DNA of 64,000 nt from NCBI GenBank assembly GCA_026936335.1, contig JAPMXV010000049.1, forward strand, positions 186,001 through 250,000. Direction: 5' to 3'. Position numbers and translations under genes: made by a program. Positions 11,114-22,226 of the stretch are shown here, piece by piece (positions within the stretch are counted from its first letter, which is position 1; every line of letters starts with the position of its first letter). The notes under the pieces were generated by a model, which was given only the letters and a program-made list of their open reading frames with translations, made no database searches and was not told the DNA's origin. The stretch comes from Mantamonas sphyraenae STR306 (lineage: Eukaryota; Protista; CRuMs).

Positions 11114-12094
11114 TCACACCTTGCTCTCAAAGTCGTTGAGCAGGGCCTGCACCTTGTCCTGGTCGCGCACCTGGTTGTTGGCCCACTCACTGCGCTCGTG
11201 CGGATAGTGGACAATGAAGTGGTTGGGAATGGCCTTGAACTTGTAGCCCAGCTGGTACAGGTGATAGGCGTGCTGGATCTTGTCGTTGCCATAGTAGAGG
11301 AAACGTTCGTCGTACTGTGGCACGTCCAGAGTCGAGGCAACCACGTACGGCTCGTACCGGTGGTAGTATGTGATGTCGTACATCGAGTCGGCTGTGTACC
11401 AGAACTTGTAGTTGGTGGAGCGGATGTGGGGCACCTCGTCGACACCCTCAAACATGGGCCGGGTCAGCTTGTCGTCCACAGCCTTGAGCAGCGCCTTCTT
11501 GGTGGTGGGGATGCTGTTGGGGTGTCCCAGATGCTCAAAACACGGCACTACAAACACAGAGTCGGTCATCTGCGCCTGCAGCTCCTTGTTGTGCTCTTGG
11601 AAGTAGTCGAGCAGCGTGTCGTCCGGCACAAAGTCCACGTCCAGCAGGAAGCTGAGATGAGTCTCTGCCAACTGCATGGCACGGTTCCTCAGGATGTTGA
11701 CTGGGTATTGGTAGGAGGAGGAGGCAAAGATGCAGAAGCGGATCGAGCCCGGGTGGCGCGCAATGACCTCCCGCTCAAAGGCTTCAATTTGCGGCAGCTC
11801 CGTGGTGAAATTGCGCACGAAAAAGGCGATGGCTGCGTCCCCCTTCCATCGCTGCATGATATTCCGCAAGGCAGGCATGCGGTCCAGCGACAGATGAGTG
11901 ACCAGCGTCACGCCGTCGCGCATTTGGTTCGCTCGCGGATCCACCTTGCCCGTGTCCCGCGCCCTGCGGAACACAGCGGCTCCGATGAGCCAGCACACAT
12001 ACAATGCAACCATCAGTCCCACCAGCTTGGCGGGGCTCATCCGCCGAACCCGATCCAGGATTCCGCCGTTGTTTCGGGGACGAGGAACGCGCAT
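11114..12094 (-). CDS. GT49 glycosyltransferase (LARGE C-terminal domain/B4GAT1-like)
   Basis: TM anchor; VTLVTHLSLDR, YPVNILRN, FLLDVDFVP (DxD), YEPYVV, YDERFLYYGNDK. Confidence 0.85.
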   Translation of the reverse strand: MRVPRPRNNGGILDRVRRMSPAKLVGLMVALYVCWLIGAAVFRRARDTGKVDPRANQMRDGVTLVTHLSLDRMPALRNIMQRWKGDAAIAFFVRNFTTELPQIEAFEREVIARHPGSIRFCIFASSSYQYPVNILRNRAMQLAETHLSFLLDVDFVPDDTLLDYFQEHNKELQAQMTDSVFVVPCFEHLGHPNSIPTTKKALLKAVDDKLTRPMFEGVDEVPHIRSTNYKFWYTADSMYDITYYHRYEPYVVASTLDVPQYDERFLYYGNDKIQHAYHLYQLGYKFKAIPNHFIVHYPHERSEWANNQVRDQDKVQALLNDFESKV

Positions 12095-12499
12095 CCGGAC
12101 TACAACCTGGGGGTTGCCTCTGCCCGCGCATGCAGTCCCTCCCTACCTGCACCGGCTGTGTGTCGTCTTTCTCACTCGTGTCTGCGTGGGTTGGACCCGA
12201 GTGTGGCCTCCCACAGGCGTTTTGTTTGCGGCTGCTGTAGCCAGGTCACACCGCAGGGCTGCGCAGAAGCTCACACAACCGCAACCATGCCCCTGTGTGC
12301 ATGAGACCCTTGTCCACCACGCATGGCCTGGCGAATCGACCAAACGGATTCGACATTATCCAGATGTCACTCCACATCTTATCCAGACGAGGAGGGGCAC
12401 GCCAGCGTCGGCTGACGTCATTTCGGCGTTTTTGATTTCGCGAGTGCGTTGCCACCTGCCCGCCCACCCCAAAAAACCCCCCAACAACAACCCAAGCAC

Positions 12500-13502
12500 A
12501 TGTTTGCAAGCAATTTCAACGTGATCTCCGACGACGTGAAGCAAGACCAGGACTACCTGTACTCGTCGTACACGTACCACACCACAGTGGTGGAGCCTGT
12601 GGGCGTGAGCAGCGAAAGCAAAGACGAAGAGACGTCGTCGAGCAGCGCCACGGTGCAGTCCACGCGTGTGGGCGGATTCAACATCAAACCGGTGCAAGTG
12701 GATTACAACTTCCGCACAGAGACCAAGGTTCCCAAGACGGGTCTCATGATGGTCGGCTGGGGCGGCAACAACGGTTCCACCCTGACCGCCTCGTTGCTGG
12801 CCAACAAGAAGTACGTTGTCCTTGTGCCAGCCCCACCTCCTATTTCCCTGCCTTTCCACATCGCATCTCGCGTCCACGCACGCGCAGGGTTGGAGCCCTT
12901 CCGGCCCGCATTGCACTGCGAGGCGCGTGTCCGGAGCGGCGCCCTCGCATGCGACACGCCCCAACTCGAGCTTCGTTGCCCTTTTTCCTGCCCATCGCCA
13001 CCCCGTGGACGCTGTGCACACCACGCCACAAGCCCATACGGCATGGCCCACGTGAGTGCGACATACACTGACCCACGTCGTGGCCTGTCTGCAATCTCGC
13101 ACACAGCAACATCGAGTGGCACACAAAGGAGGGCGTGCAGAAGCCCAACTACTTTGGCAGCGTGACGCAGGCCACCACCATCCACGTCGGCACTACCGCC
13201 CAGGGCCAGGACTGCTACGTGCCCTTCAATGCCCTCCTGCCCATGGTCAACCCCAACGACCTCGTCATCGGTGGCTGGGACATCTCGGATGCTAACTTGG
13301 CCGAGGCCATGCAGCGAGCCCAGGTTCTCCCCTACGACCTCCAGCGCCAGCTTGAGCCCCTCATGGAGAATCTGCAACCCCTGCCCTCCGTCTACTTCCC
13401 CGACTTTATTGCCTCCAACCAGGAGCAGCGTGCAAACAACGTGCTCAAGGGCACCAAGCAGGAACTCCTCGCCCAGCTGCGTGCAGACATCAGGTACGCC
13501 CC

Positions 13503-13554
<52 letters not shown>

Positions 13555-14776
13555 CACACAACTCCCCCCGTTTATCCCTATGGACTTGTCCCGCATCCAA
13601 ACCTCTGCCCTCCCCCGCCCGGCCATTCAGGTGTTGGCACCTGCCTTTTCGCAGCTCGTGTTGCGGACCATTCGCTTTTTGCGGCGGCTGACGGGCTCCG
13701 GGAAAACCGCCCCCCAACGTCACGGCCCCGCACATCCACACACCGGCCCACCATGGCTCCGTGGCTCACACCATCGCTCGCGTACATGCGCCATACACGT
13801 GCTGCACCGACCTCACAGGCAATTCAAGGAGGACAACGCTCTGGACAAGGTGGTGGTCATCTGGACGGCCAACACCGAGCGCTTCGCGGACGTTCGCGAC
13901 GGCCTCAACGACACGGCAGAGAACCTGCTGGCGTCCATCGAGAGCGACGAGGAGGAAGTGTCTGCCTCGACTCTGTTTGCAGTGGCCTCCATCCTCGAGG
14001 GCACCACCTATATCAACGGAAGCCCGCAAAACACATTTGTGCCGGGAGTGATTGAGCTGGCCGAGCAGCACAAGGTCATGATTGCAGGCGACGACTTCAA
14101 GAGTGGCCAAACCAAGTTCAAGTCGGTGCTGGTGGACTTTCTGGTCAATGCAGGCATCAAGCCCACGGCCATCACGTCGTACAACCACCTGGGCAACAAC
14201 GACGGCCTGAATCTGTCGGCCCCGAAGCAGTTCCGCTCCAAGGAGGTGTCCAAGAGCAACGTCGTCGACGACATGGTTGCCTCCAACCCGCTCCTGTATG
14301 GCGAGGACGAGCACCCGGACCACACCGTGGTCATCAAGTATGTGCCCACTGTCGGCGACAGCAAGCGTGCCATGGACGAGTATGTCTCGGATATCTTTAT
14401 GAACGGCAGGAACACCATCAGCCTGCACAACACCTGCGAAGACTCTCTCCTGGCTGCTCCACTCATCCTCGACCTTGCCATCCTCGGCGAGCTCATGGAA
14501 CGCATCACCTACAAGACCGGCGACATGGATGACTACGAAGAGTTCCATCCCGTGCTCAGCATCCTGTCATATATGCTCAAGGCACCCCTCACCGCACAAG
14601 GAACCCCCCTTGTCAACGCCCTCTTCCGCCAGCGCGCTGCCATCGAGAACCTCCTCAAGGCCTGCATCGGCATGCAGCCCACAAACAACATGCACCTTGA
14701 GTTCAAAACCCCGTCTGTGGTCATGCCCAAGATTGCTGACAGCGAGAAGCAGACCGAGGCCGAGCTCAAGGCCTGA
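12500..14776 (+). CDS. INO1: myo-inositol-3-phosphate synthase; introns 12811-13106, 13494-13818
   Basis: Signature motifs [43 protein letters not shown]; both introns restore frame. Confidence 0.97.
13504..13560. repeat. (CA)n microsatellite in INO1 intron 2
   Basis: Directly visible dinucleotide run. Confidence 0.95.
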
Positions 14777-14967
14777 GCAAGCACGGGCTTAAGCTCTTCA
14801 CGTTCCCAACTTTGGCGCGCACATACACTTCACACCACTCCCAAATGGCGGCGCCACGCGCTGTCTGTAGGCCATGGGACCCCCTACGCTGATGGCAACC
14901 ACACAACGCCCAGCACAAAACGCAATGACAAACTTGGATCTCCAATTTGACCACTTTTTCTCCTCAC

Positions 14968-15885
14968 TCATTCTTCTGTCCTCTGCCGCTTGAGCCCATC
15001 CTGCTGCTGCGTTCCCTCCAAGGAATATCCTTGACTTTGCTCCTCGTCTCCTTCTTCCGCCTCCTCCCTCGTTCGCTTCAACGATGGCTGGAACGCTGCT
15101 GTGCCTGTTCCCACCCCCTGTGGAGCCTGGCTCCCGCCACCAAAGCTCCCGCTGCTGCTGCTACTGCTGCTGCTGCTACTGCTGCTGCTGCTGCTACTGC
15201 TGCTGTTCATGTTGTTGTTGTTGTTGTTGTTGTTGTTGTACATCGGGTGCTGTTGCGGCGGGCCTCGCGGAGGGTACATCCCACCCGGATATCCTCCTCC
15301 CTGCATGCCCATGGGCATGCCACGACCAGCTCCCTGCGGCGGCATTCCCATCATTCCGCCGTGCATGCCCATGTGAGGCTGGCCACGCCCACCACCCATC
15401 GCTGTCGACGCCCAAGTGTTAGCCAGTGGGTTGCCCGCGGAATGCACGCCTCCTCTTGACCTACAAACTCCTCCCACACCCAACGTACGCATCCCCATCG
15501 GCATTCCCATCGGCATTCCTCGTCCACCGTGCATTGGAATCATCCCTCCTCCAGCCATGGGCCCCATCCCCATTGGCATTCCTTGTTGCGGCCCTCCATC
15601 CGCGTTTCCCGAGTTGCCACCCATCTTCTGCTCAGCACAAACGCAAACCACCGGGTGTGTGTGTGAGCTCCAACCCAAACAACGTCTACCAACCCCCACA
15701 CACATTCCCACCTCCCTTCCCTTCCCTCCCTGCAAGCTCACCTCGGCCATCCACTCCTGGTAAAACTTGGTGTAGTGGTCCCGCACAGCCTCCTTGTGCA
15801 CACGGCCCTTGTTGTGTGACCGCCGCATGTTGATTGAGCTGTGCGTCAGAAAGATATCGCAGTAGTCACAGTAATACTTGACCAT
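14968..15885 (-). CDS. SNRPC: U1 snRNP protein C; probable introns 15628-15741 and 15402-15488
   Basis: [25 protein letters not shown] zinc finger followed by Met/Gly/Pro-rich tail. Confidence 0.9.
   Translation of the reverse strand: MVKYYCDYCDIFLTHSSINMRRSHNKGRVHKEAVRDHYTKFYQEWMAEVSLQGGKGREVGMCVGVGRRCLGWSSHTHPVVCVCAEQKMGGNSGNADGGPQQGMPMGMGPMAGGGMIPMHGGRGMPMGMPMGMRTLGVGGVCRSRGGVHSAGNPLANTWASTAMGGGRGQPHMGMHGGMMGMPPQGAGRGMPMGMQGGGYPGGMYPPRGPPQQHPMYNNNNNNNNNMNSSSSSSSSSSSSSSSSSSGSFGGGSQAPQGVGTGTAAFQPSLKRTREEAEEGDEEQSQGYSLEGTQQQDGLKRQRTEE
15150..15240. repeat. (GCT)n and (GTT)n coding microsatellites (poly-Ser/poly-Asn in U1-C)
   Basis: Directly visible. Confidence 0.9.
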
Positions 15886-15940
15886 GGCTTCTGCTTGCCA
15901 CAGCCTGCGCTCTCGCCGCCACAAACAACGGACAACACAC

Positions 15941-16916
15941 ATGGTATTGTTCTCCACATCCCAGCCTCCCTCTCACCGCCCCCACACACTCACACCCTCC
16001 TCTGTCAATCGCATGCACAACACCCCCCTTCCCCTTCCACCTCATCCCGATCTCTCTGCGACCCACGCCAACCGCATGCTGCAACGTTCCGCCCCTTCTC
16101 GCAGAGCGAAGAGATTTTTGCAGGCTGCGACGAGGAGCAGATCCGCCTCATGGCTGAGGAGTGCATCCTGATCGACCGTGATGACGCCGTCACCGGCCAT
16201 GACTCGAAAAAGAACTGCCACCTGATGGAAAACATCGAAACGGGTCTCCTCCATCGTGCCTTTTCCGTGTTTCTCTTCACCCCCTCGGGCGAGCTCGTCC
16301 TCCAGAAGCGTGCTAGCGAAAAGATCACCTTTCCCGACCACTGGACAAACACGTGCTGCTCCCATCCCCTGTACAGAGAGGAGGAGCTCGAGGCCAAGGG
16401 CCAGCTCGGCGTCCGCCGCGCCGCTCGCCGCAAGCTCGAGCACGAGCTCGGCATTGACCCCAAGAACATCGACCTCGACGAGTTTGTTTTCATCACCCGC
16501 ATCCACTACCTTGCTGCCTCTGATCCCGTCTGGGGCGAACACGAGAGTACGTTTTGCAGTCCCCTTCCATCCCTCACAAACCCAACACGCACCCCCAACT
16601 CTCACCCAAACTCACTCCCTCCTCCCCTCCCACCGCCTTCCTAGTCGACTATGTCCTTTTCCTTCAGAAGGACCTTGAACTCCAACCCAACCCCAACGAG
16701 GTCTCCGACGTCAAGTACGTCACCCAGAGCGACCTGACCGCCATGGTCCAAGAGGCCGAAGAGGGCAAGCTGCTCCTCACTCCCTGGTTCAAGCTCATCA
16801 ACGACAAGTTCCTCTACGCTCACTGGGATGCCCTGCTCAACAAGAGCCTCAACCCCAGTGACGAGGAGAACGAGTCCATTCTCCGCCTCGGCTTTGATGA
16901 CGACAAGGAGCAGTAG
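15941..16916 (+). CDS. IDI1: Isopentenyl-diphosphate delta-isomerase type 1; introns 15944-16104 (inferred), 16547-16644
   Basis: [42 protein letters not shown] (after splicing), TPWF. Confidence 0.95.
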
Positions 16917-16975
16917 CCAGTGTCCACAATACAGCCAAAGCATTCATCTCCATTCCTTTCCATTTCCAGACCCCC

Positions 16976-19900
16976 TCACAACAGGTCCAAATCTCCCGCC
17001 TTCAACATCAGCACCCTTTCTTCCAGCGCCACATTGATTTGCTTCAACAACGCGTACTTGTCTTGCACTGCCTCCAACTGTTGCTGCGAGCTCTTCTTCA
17101 CCCTGTCCAGCATCACCTTTTGCTGTTCGATCACTGCATGCAATCGTTGTTTCTCTTCCACCTGCTCCAACAGCTTCTGCTTGTGCTGCTGCACCAATTC
17201 CCGGGTCGCCGTCGCCAGTCGCTCCTCCTCCCATCCCAGCTGCCTCTTCAGCTCTTCGTTTTCCTCCCGCAGTTCCGCCAGCGCTCCTTCTCCCTTTTCA
17301 CGACCCCCTGGGCCAGATGCCACTTGCTGTTCCACAAACTGAGCCATTGTCTGCGACATCAACGTCACATGCCGCTCCAACTCTTCCGTCCTCGCCAACC
17401 GGGTTCCTTGTGTGCTCACCAGCGCCTCCAGTTCCGCAATTCGTTCCCGTTTAGCTTGTAGATCCAACTGCAGCCCCGCAATCGTCCTCTCCTGCTCGCT
17501 GTACTCCTGTTGCATCAGCACGTTGTGTTCTCCCACCTTTTGCCGCTCCCTCTTCACCTGCTCCAGCTTTCCGTTGATCTCTTCCTCCCGCCTTGCTGCT
17601 TCCAGCTTCACACGCTCCACCTCTTCCTTTTCGCTGTTCAGTGCCTGTGTCAGCGACACCAGGTTGCCCCGTTGCAGTCGTACCTTGCGCTGCAATTCTT
17701 CCACATTGGCTGCTCGCTCCTTCGCTTCCACTACCTCCCAGTGCAGCTCCTTGATGCGCTCCACGTGCAGCTCACGCACATATTGCTCGTACAGGAGCTC
17801 ATTCCGCAGCAACGCAATTTCCCCTTTGTACACACGGCCCTCCACTCCCTCGTACGCCCTCTCATCCTCCCCAGCCTCCTCCTCTTCGCTTCCACCCTCT
17901 TGTGTCTTTCGCATCCCTTGCACACGTGTCTTGCCGCTGCCCATGCGCATCGATTCTTGCAGCAGCGTTTGCAGACGCATCACCTGCTCCAGGTTCACTG
18001 CACTCTTGTCCGCCTCAAACGCATTCAACCACTCCTCCACCTCTTGCTGCGCTGCAATCGATGATAGTCCACTGGCGCTGTTTGTCATCGTTCGTACGGG
18101 CGTGTGACGCTTGAACGCGCTCCCACCCACTCCAAACTCCTCCTCCCCATCTTCCTCCAGCGTCTCCAGCCCTCCCAGCGTGCCCGACGTCCCTGCACTC
18201 GCCACGCTGCTTCGGTCGTCGTCACTTTCCCGCTCACTCACTCCCAGCATGCTCGACGAGAAGGTGCGCCGCCCACCCATCTCTCGTTTCGGTGTGCGCG
18301 ACCGCCCCTGCGATCGCACAGACCCTCCTGAGTAGCTGCGCGGAATACCCATGCGTGTTGATGCCCGAACTTCCTTTGTCTCCTTTGCAGACATTGTCCG
18401 CGGCATCACGCGCACATCTCCCCCATCCCCCTGCCCGCCATCTCCAATCCCCGCATCTCCGCCTCCCTCTCGCGGTGAATCCAGATCCAGCATCCCCACA
18501 AACGGCGACTCTCCTTCCTCGCTCATGATTTTGGTCTGCTGCCCGGCATGCGTCTCTTCAATGTGTGTCGAACTCACCGAATAGTGCAACCGCGTTGCGC
18601 TTTCCACACGCTGCAGCATCGTCGGCGCACTGAATCTCAATCTCTCCGGATCCAGCTCCTGCGCTTTCGACAGCATCAAGCCAGGGTGCAAACGCACTCC
18701 TTGGATCAGCGGCTGTACCCAGTCTCGGAACTGCTCCAGGCGCTCGCACTCCCGATGGATGTGCTCTGTAAAGTGGATTGGGAACGCACCGTACAGCGCA
18801 GCAAACAGCAACGAAACACTCTGTTTGAAATGTCCCACAAGTTTGCGGTCCTCGCTAGGCCACACCCCGGACGACCTTCGCCGCGGCGACTGCAACGACA
18901 ACGGCAACGACTGCTTGCTGCTGTGCCTGTCTGTATCCAGCTGCAACTCATCCACAATCACCTCTCCGTTCTTCCCGTACGCTGGCTGGTCCACAGACTC
19001 GTACTCGTACGACGTTGCTGTTTCTTCTGGTGTGAATGCCTTGCCCGGAGTCGACTTGGAAGACATGCTCCCTGCGGCGTACTCCTTGCTCCGCGGCGGG
19101 TTGTTGGCCGATGTAAACGCAGCCATCTGTTCTTTCACAGACGCAGACATCCCTGACGACGACGATGACGATGAAACTCCCTCTCCGTCCCGCTGACCCT
19201 GCTTTGCGCTCGGCACGTCCTGGACGTGCCCTGCCGAGAAAAACAGTCTCTGGTCACCGCCATCATCCATGGCTCCCTGTCCAGTCCCTCCCTCCGCCTC
19301 TTCGTGATATCCGTCCAGCTGCAGCATGCTCCACAACCACTCAAACTCGCTCAGCTGGCTGCAATTGGCCAACAGCAGCAACCGCGAAAAGATGCTTGAC
19401 ATTTCGCCCAGATGTGGCATAAACGAGATCACACTGGACAGAAATGCCATTACGACTGCGTTCACCGTAGAGGTGAGCAGCACAACATCCGTGCTCCTGT
19501 GCAACGTCCAGAAGAGCTGCGGTAGCAGATTGCTCGATGCAAGTGTGTGCGTGTCCTTCACATTGGCCGCCAGCACATGGTTCAGCAACAGCACCAGTGC
19601 CAACCGGTGATTTTCGCTGTCGTAGTACTCTGAACACTGTTCAAACAGCTGCTTGCACTGCTTTTCGGCCACCTGCAGGATCACCCGCAGCGCAAGCTTG
19701 CTCTGTGTCTCTATGTACTTCTCCAACACAAGTTCACGGAACCTGGCACTCATCTTGCACAGGGTTATCGAAAGCTCGCACAGAACCCTGTGTGTGCACG
19801 GGTGCCATATCCTCTGTGTCAGCGTGTCGCGTCGTGCGGAAATGCGAATGGACACTCAGTCCCGCCCCAACACGGATTCACACCCGCCCGAAACCCACTC

Positions 19901-20298
19901 TTGCAGCTCCAAATCACGTGTGTTGAATACATTCAGAATCAGCGAGAAGTATGACGTGGCCTTCTCCGCACTCTCCAGGGCGCACACAAAGCGTTGAATG
20001 TAGCGGAACAACGTCGTTGCCTGCTTCGTGTCGATCTGCTGGATCGATTTGAAGTGCTCTGTGGATGTGGTGAAAAACAAAGGAGTGATACGCATGTCCA
20101 AGATGTGTCAGCTCCCCGCTCGTGAAGCTACCGAGCTCCCGGCCTCGACCTACGCGGTTGCAAGAGTTCAACCACATTGAGCGCCGTGTTCACGCTCACA
20201 CTCGCCAGTCGTTCCAATGCCTCGCATGCCTCCTCGTCAAACTGGCCCTTGATGACAGCAGAAGACACTGCATTCGCCAATTCCTGTGTCGACGTCAT
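16976..20298 (-). CDS. TSC1: Hamartin (TSC1)-like; introns ~20059-20153 and 19788-19898
   Basis: LFAALYGAFPIHF, VRLHPGLM..ELDPER and LLRNELLYEQYVRELH match the conserved TSC1 blocks (LYGMYPCNF, HPEL..ELDP.RW, LLYERF.R.QH); C-terminal coiled coil. Confidence 0.85.
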
Positions 20299-20351
20299 GT
20301 TCGGGCAACTTTTTGGTTGCAGCTGCGCGCACGGCCAATTCCCTCTCAAGG

Positions 20352-22155
20352 GCCATGAAGCATGAAGACACGTCACCAATGAAACAGAGGAAACAAGTCC
20401 AACACCCCATCCCACTCCCCTCTCCCCGTCCCCTCTCCCTCCACAACACCCACTTCCCAAACCAACTTCCCATTCGCTGCACTGTTGCTTACATTGTCCA
20501 TGGCTCTGGCAGCTCCTCCTCTTGCGTGCTCATCCTCTCCAACAAACACCACTCCCGAGTGCGTGTCCCCATCGCCTCCCTCCCCCGCCCACCTCCCTCC
20601 ACATCACACACACGCACACACATTGTGTCCTCTGTCCAACCACGCACACACATCCTGCGCCCACTCACACACACACCTTACTTCTTCAGCTTCGTCAGCT
20701 CGTCGTGCGGGTTTGCCCCCACAAACTGGTCTCGGTTGAACGTGTTGCTGTTCTTGTGGCCCACAAGCTGGTAGCACGCCGCAGTTCCCTGCCCGCTCGC
20801 CACAGTGCTCCACGCAAGGAAAAAGATCCACAGTCGCTGCAGCGACTCCGGGTACTTCTTCTTGTCCAGCCCGTCCTTGTTTGCCATAAAGTTGTCATAC
20901 CACGCATGCAGCGTGTGCGAGTAGTGACGACCAATCGTCTCCACGCTCTGCACCTCGAATCCAGCAAGCTCCATCTGCTTCACATACCAGTTCAGCGGCG
21001 TCGACGCATCCGCGTTCGGGAAGATGTACCTGCTCATAAACAGACCCCACGCCACGTCCTCCCAGTTGCTTCCCTGACGCAGGCCTGCAACCTGCATCAG
21101 AAACACTCCGTCGTCCGACAGCATGTTCTTGATCCCTGCCAGAAAGTCCTGAAAGTTCGCCAGACCCACGTGCTCCGCCATCTCGATCGCAGACACGCAG
21201 TCGAAACGCAGCGACGGGTCGATCTTGCGGTAGTCCATCTCCAGCACATTCACGTGTGTTCCCTCCTTCTTGTTCTGCTCGTTGCACCATGCCGCTCCCT
21301 CCGTGCTCAACGTCACCCCGGTTGCCTGCGCTCCGTGGTACTTCTCTGCATGTCGTGCCAGCGTGCCCCACCCGCACCCGATGTCCAGGTATCGGTCCCC
21401 CTCCTTCATGTGCAACTTCCTGCAAATCAGCTCCAGCTTGTTCGTCTGTGCCTGCTCCAGGCTCTCGCTCAGGTCCGTGTACACTCCGCTCGTGTACACC
21501 ATCATCGGGCCCAGGAACGCCCCAAACCAGTCGTTTCCACGGTCGTAGTGGTCCGCAATCTCTCGCTTTGCAGTGCCCAGGTCGTACATCCCAGATGCAA
21601 TTCCAGGCAGCAGCTGCAGGTACAGATGCTTCACCGTGCTCCACGTCACCCGCCAGCACAGAATTCGTACCGCTTCTCCAGCAGCTCCAGCATGTCCCCC
21701 TTCGGCGACACCTTCTCCTCACGGTACGCAATCAGGAACGTCGTCACAGGGATCTTGTTGCGTGCCCACGACTTCTTGAATCCCTCGTCATGGAACTCCA
21801 GGTACTTTGTCGTGTCTGCTGCCTCCGTTTGCATGTACACGAAGTTGTAAAGAGCCACCAAGCCCGCCACAATTGCAAAACCACTCCACCACGCCACATA
21901 CAGGCTTGACAGCACGCAGCCCACCGCCACAAGCGGCAGTGCGATCAGCTGCACAGCGATCAGCACAATAGGCGGGTCCGTCCACCGCGTCGACATCTGA
22001 TAACCACACTGTGCTCGCTCCATGGTCGAAAAGAGGTTTTCTTGGGGTTGGGTTCGTCGGGCACCTGTGTTGGACGCGTCCGCGCATTGACCACCATCCT
22101 CGGTTGTGCTGTGGGATATGACCCCACCACATCCTACTTCCATGTCCAGCGCAGC
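20352..22155. repeat. Inverted duplication, left copy (~1.8 kb)
   Basis: Reverse complement of 34329-36139 with few differences. Confidence 0.95.
20678..22023 (-). pseudogene. Sphingolipid C9-methyltransferase, left copy with 1-bp deletion near 21661 (pseudogene or sequencing error)
   Basis: 1346 nt versus 1347 nt for the intact copy; cacagaattc here versus cacaggaattc in the other copy splits the ORF. Confidence 0.75.
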
Positions 22156-22226
22156 CTGTGAATGAATTTACGTACGGAAAAACTTGTGCATTGGCGAGTT
22201 TGCAGGGTTGGAGAAGGAAATGCAAA

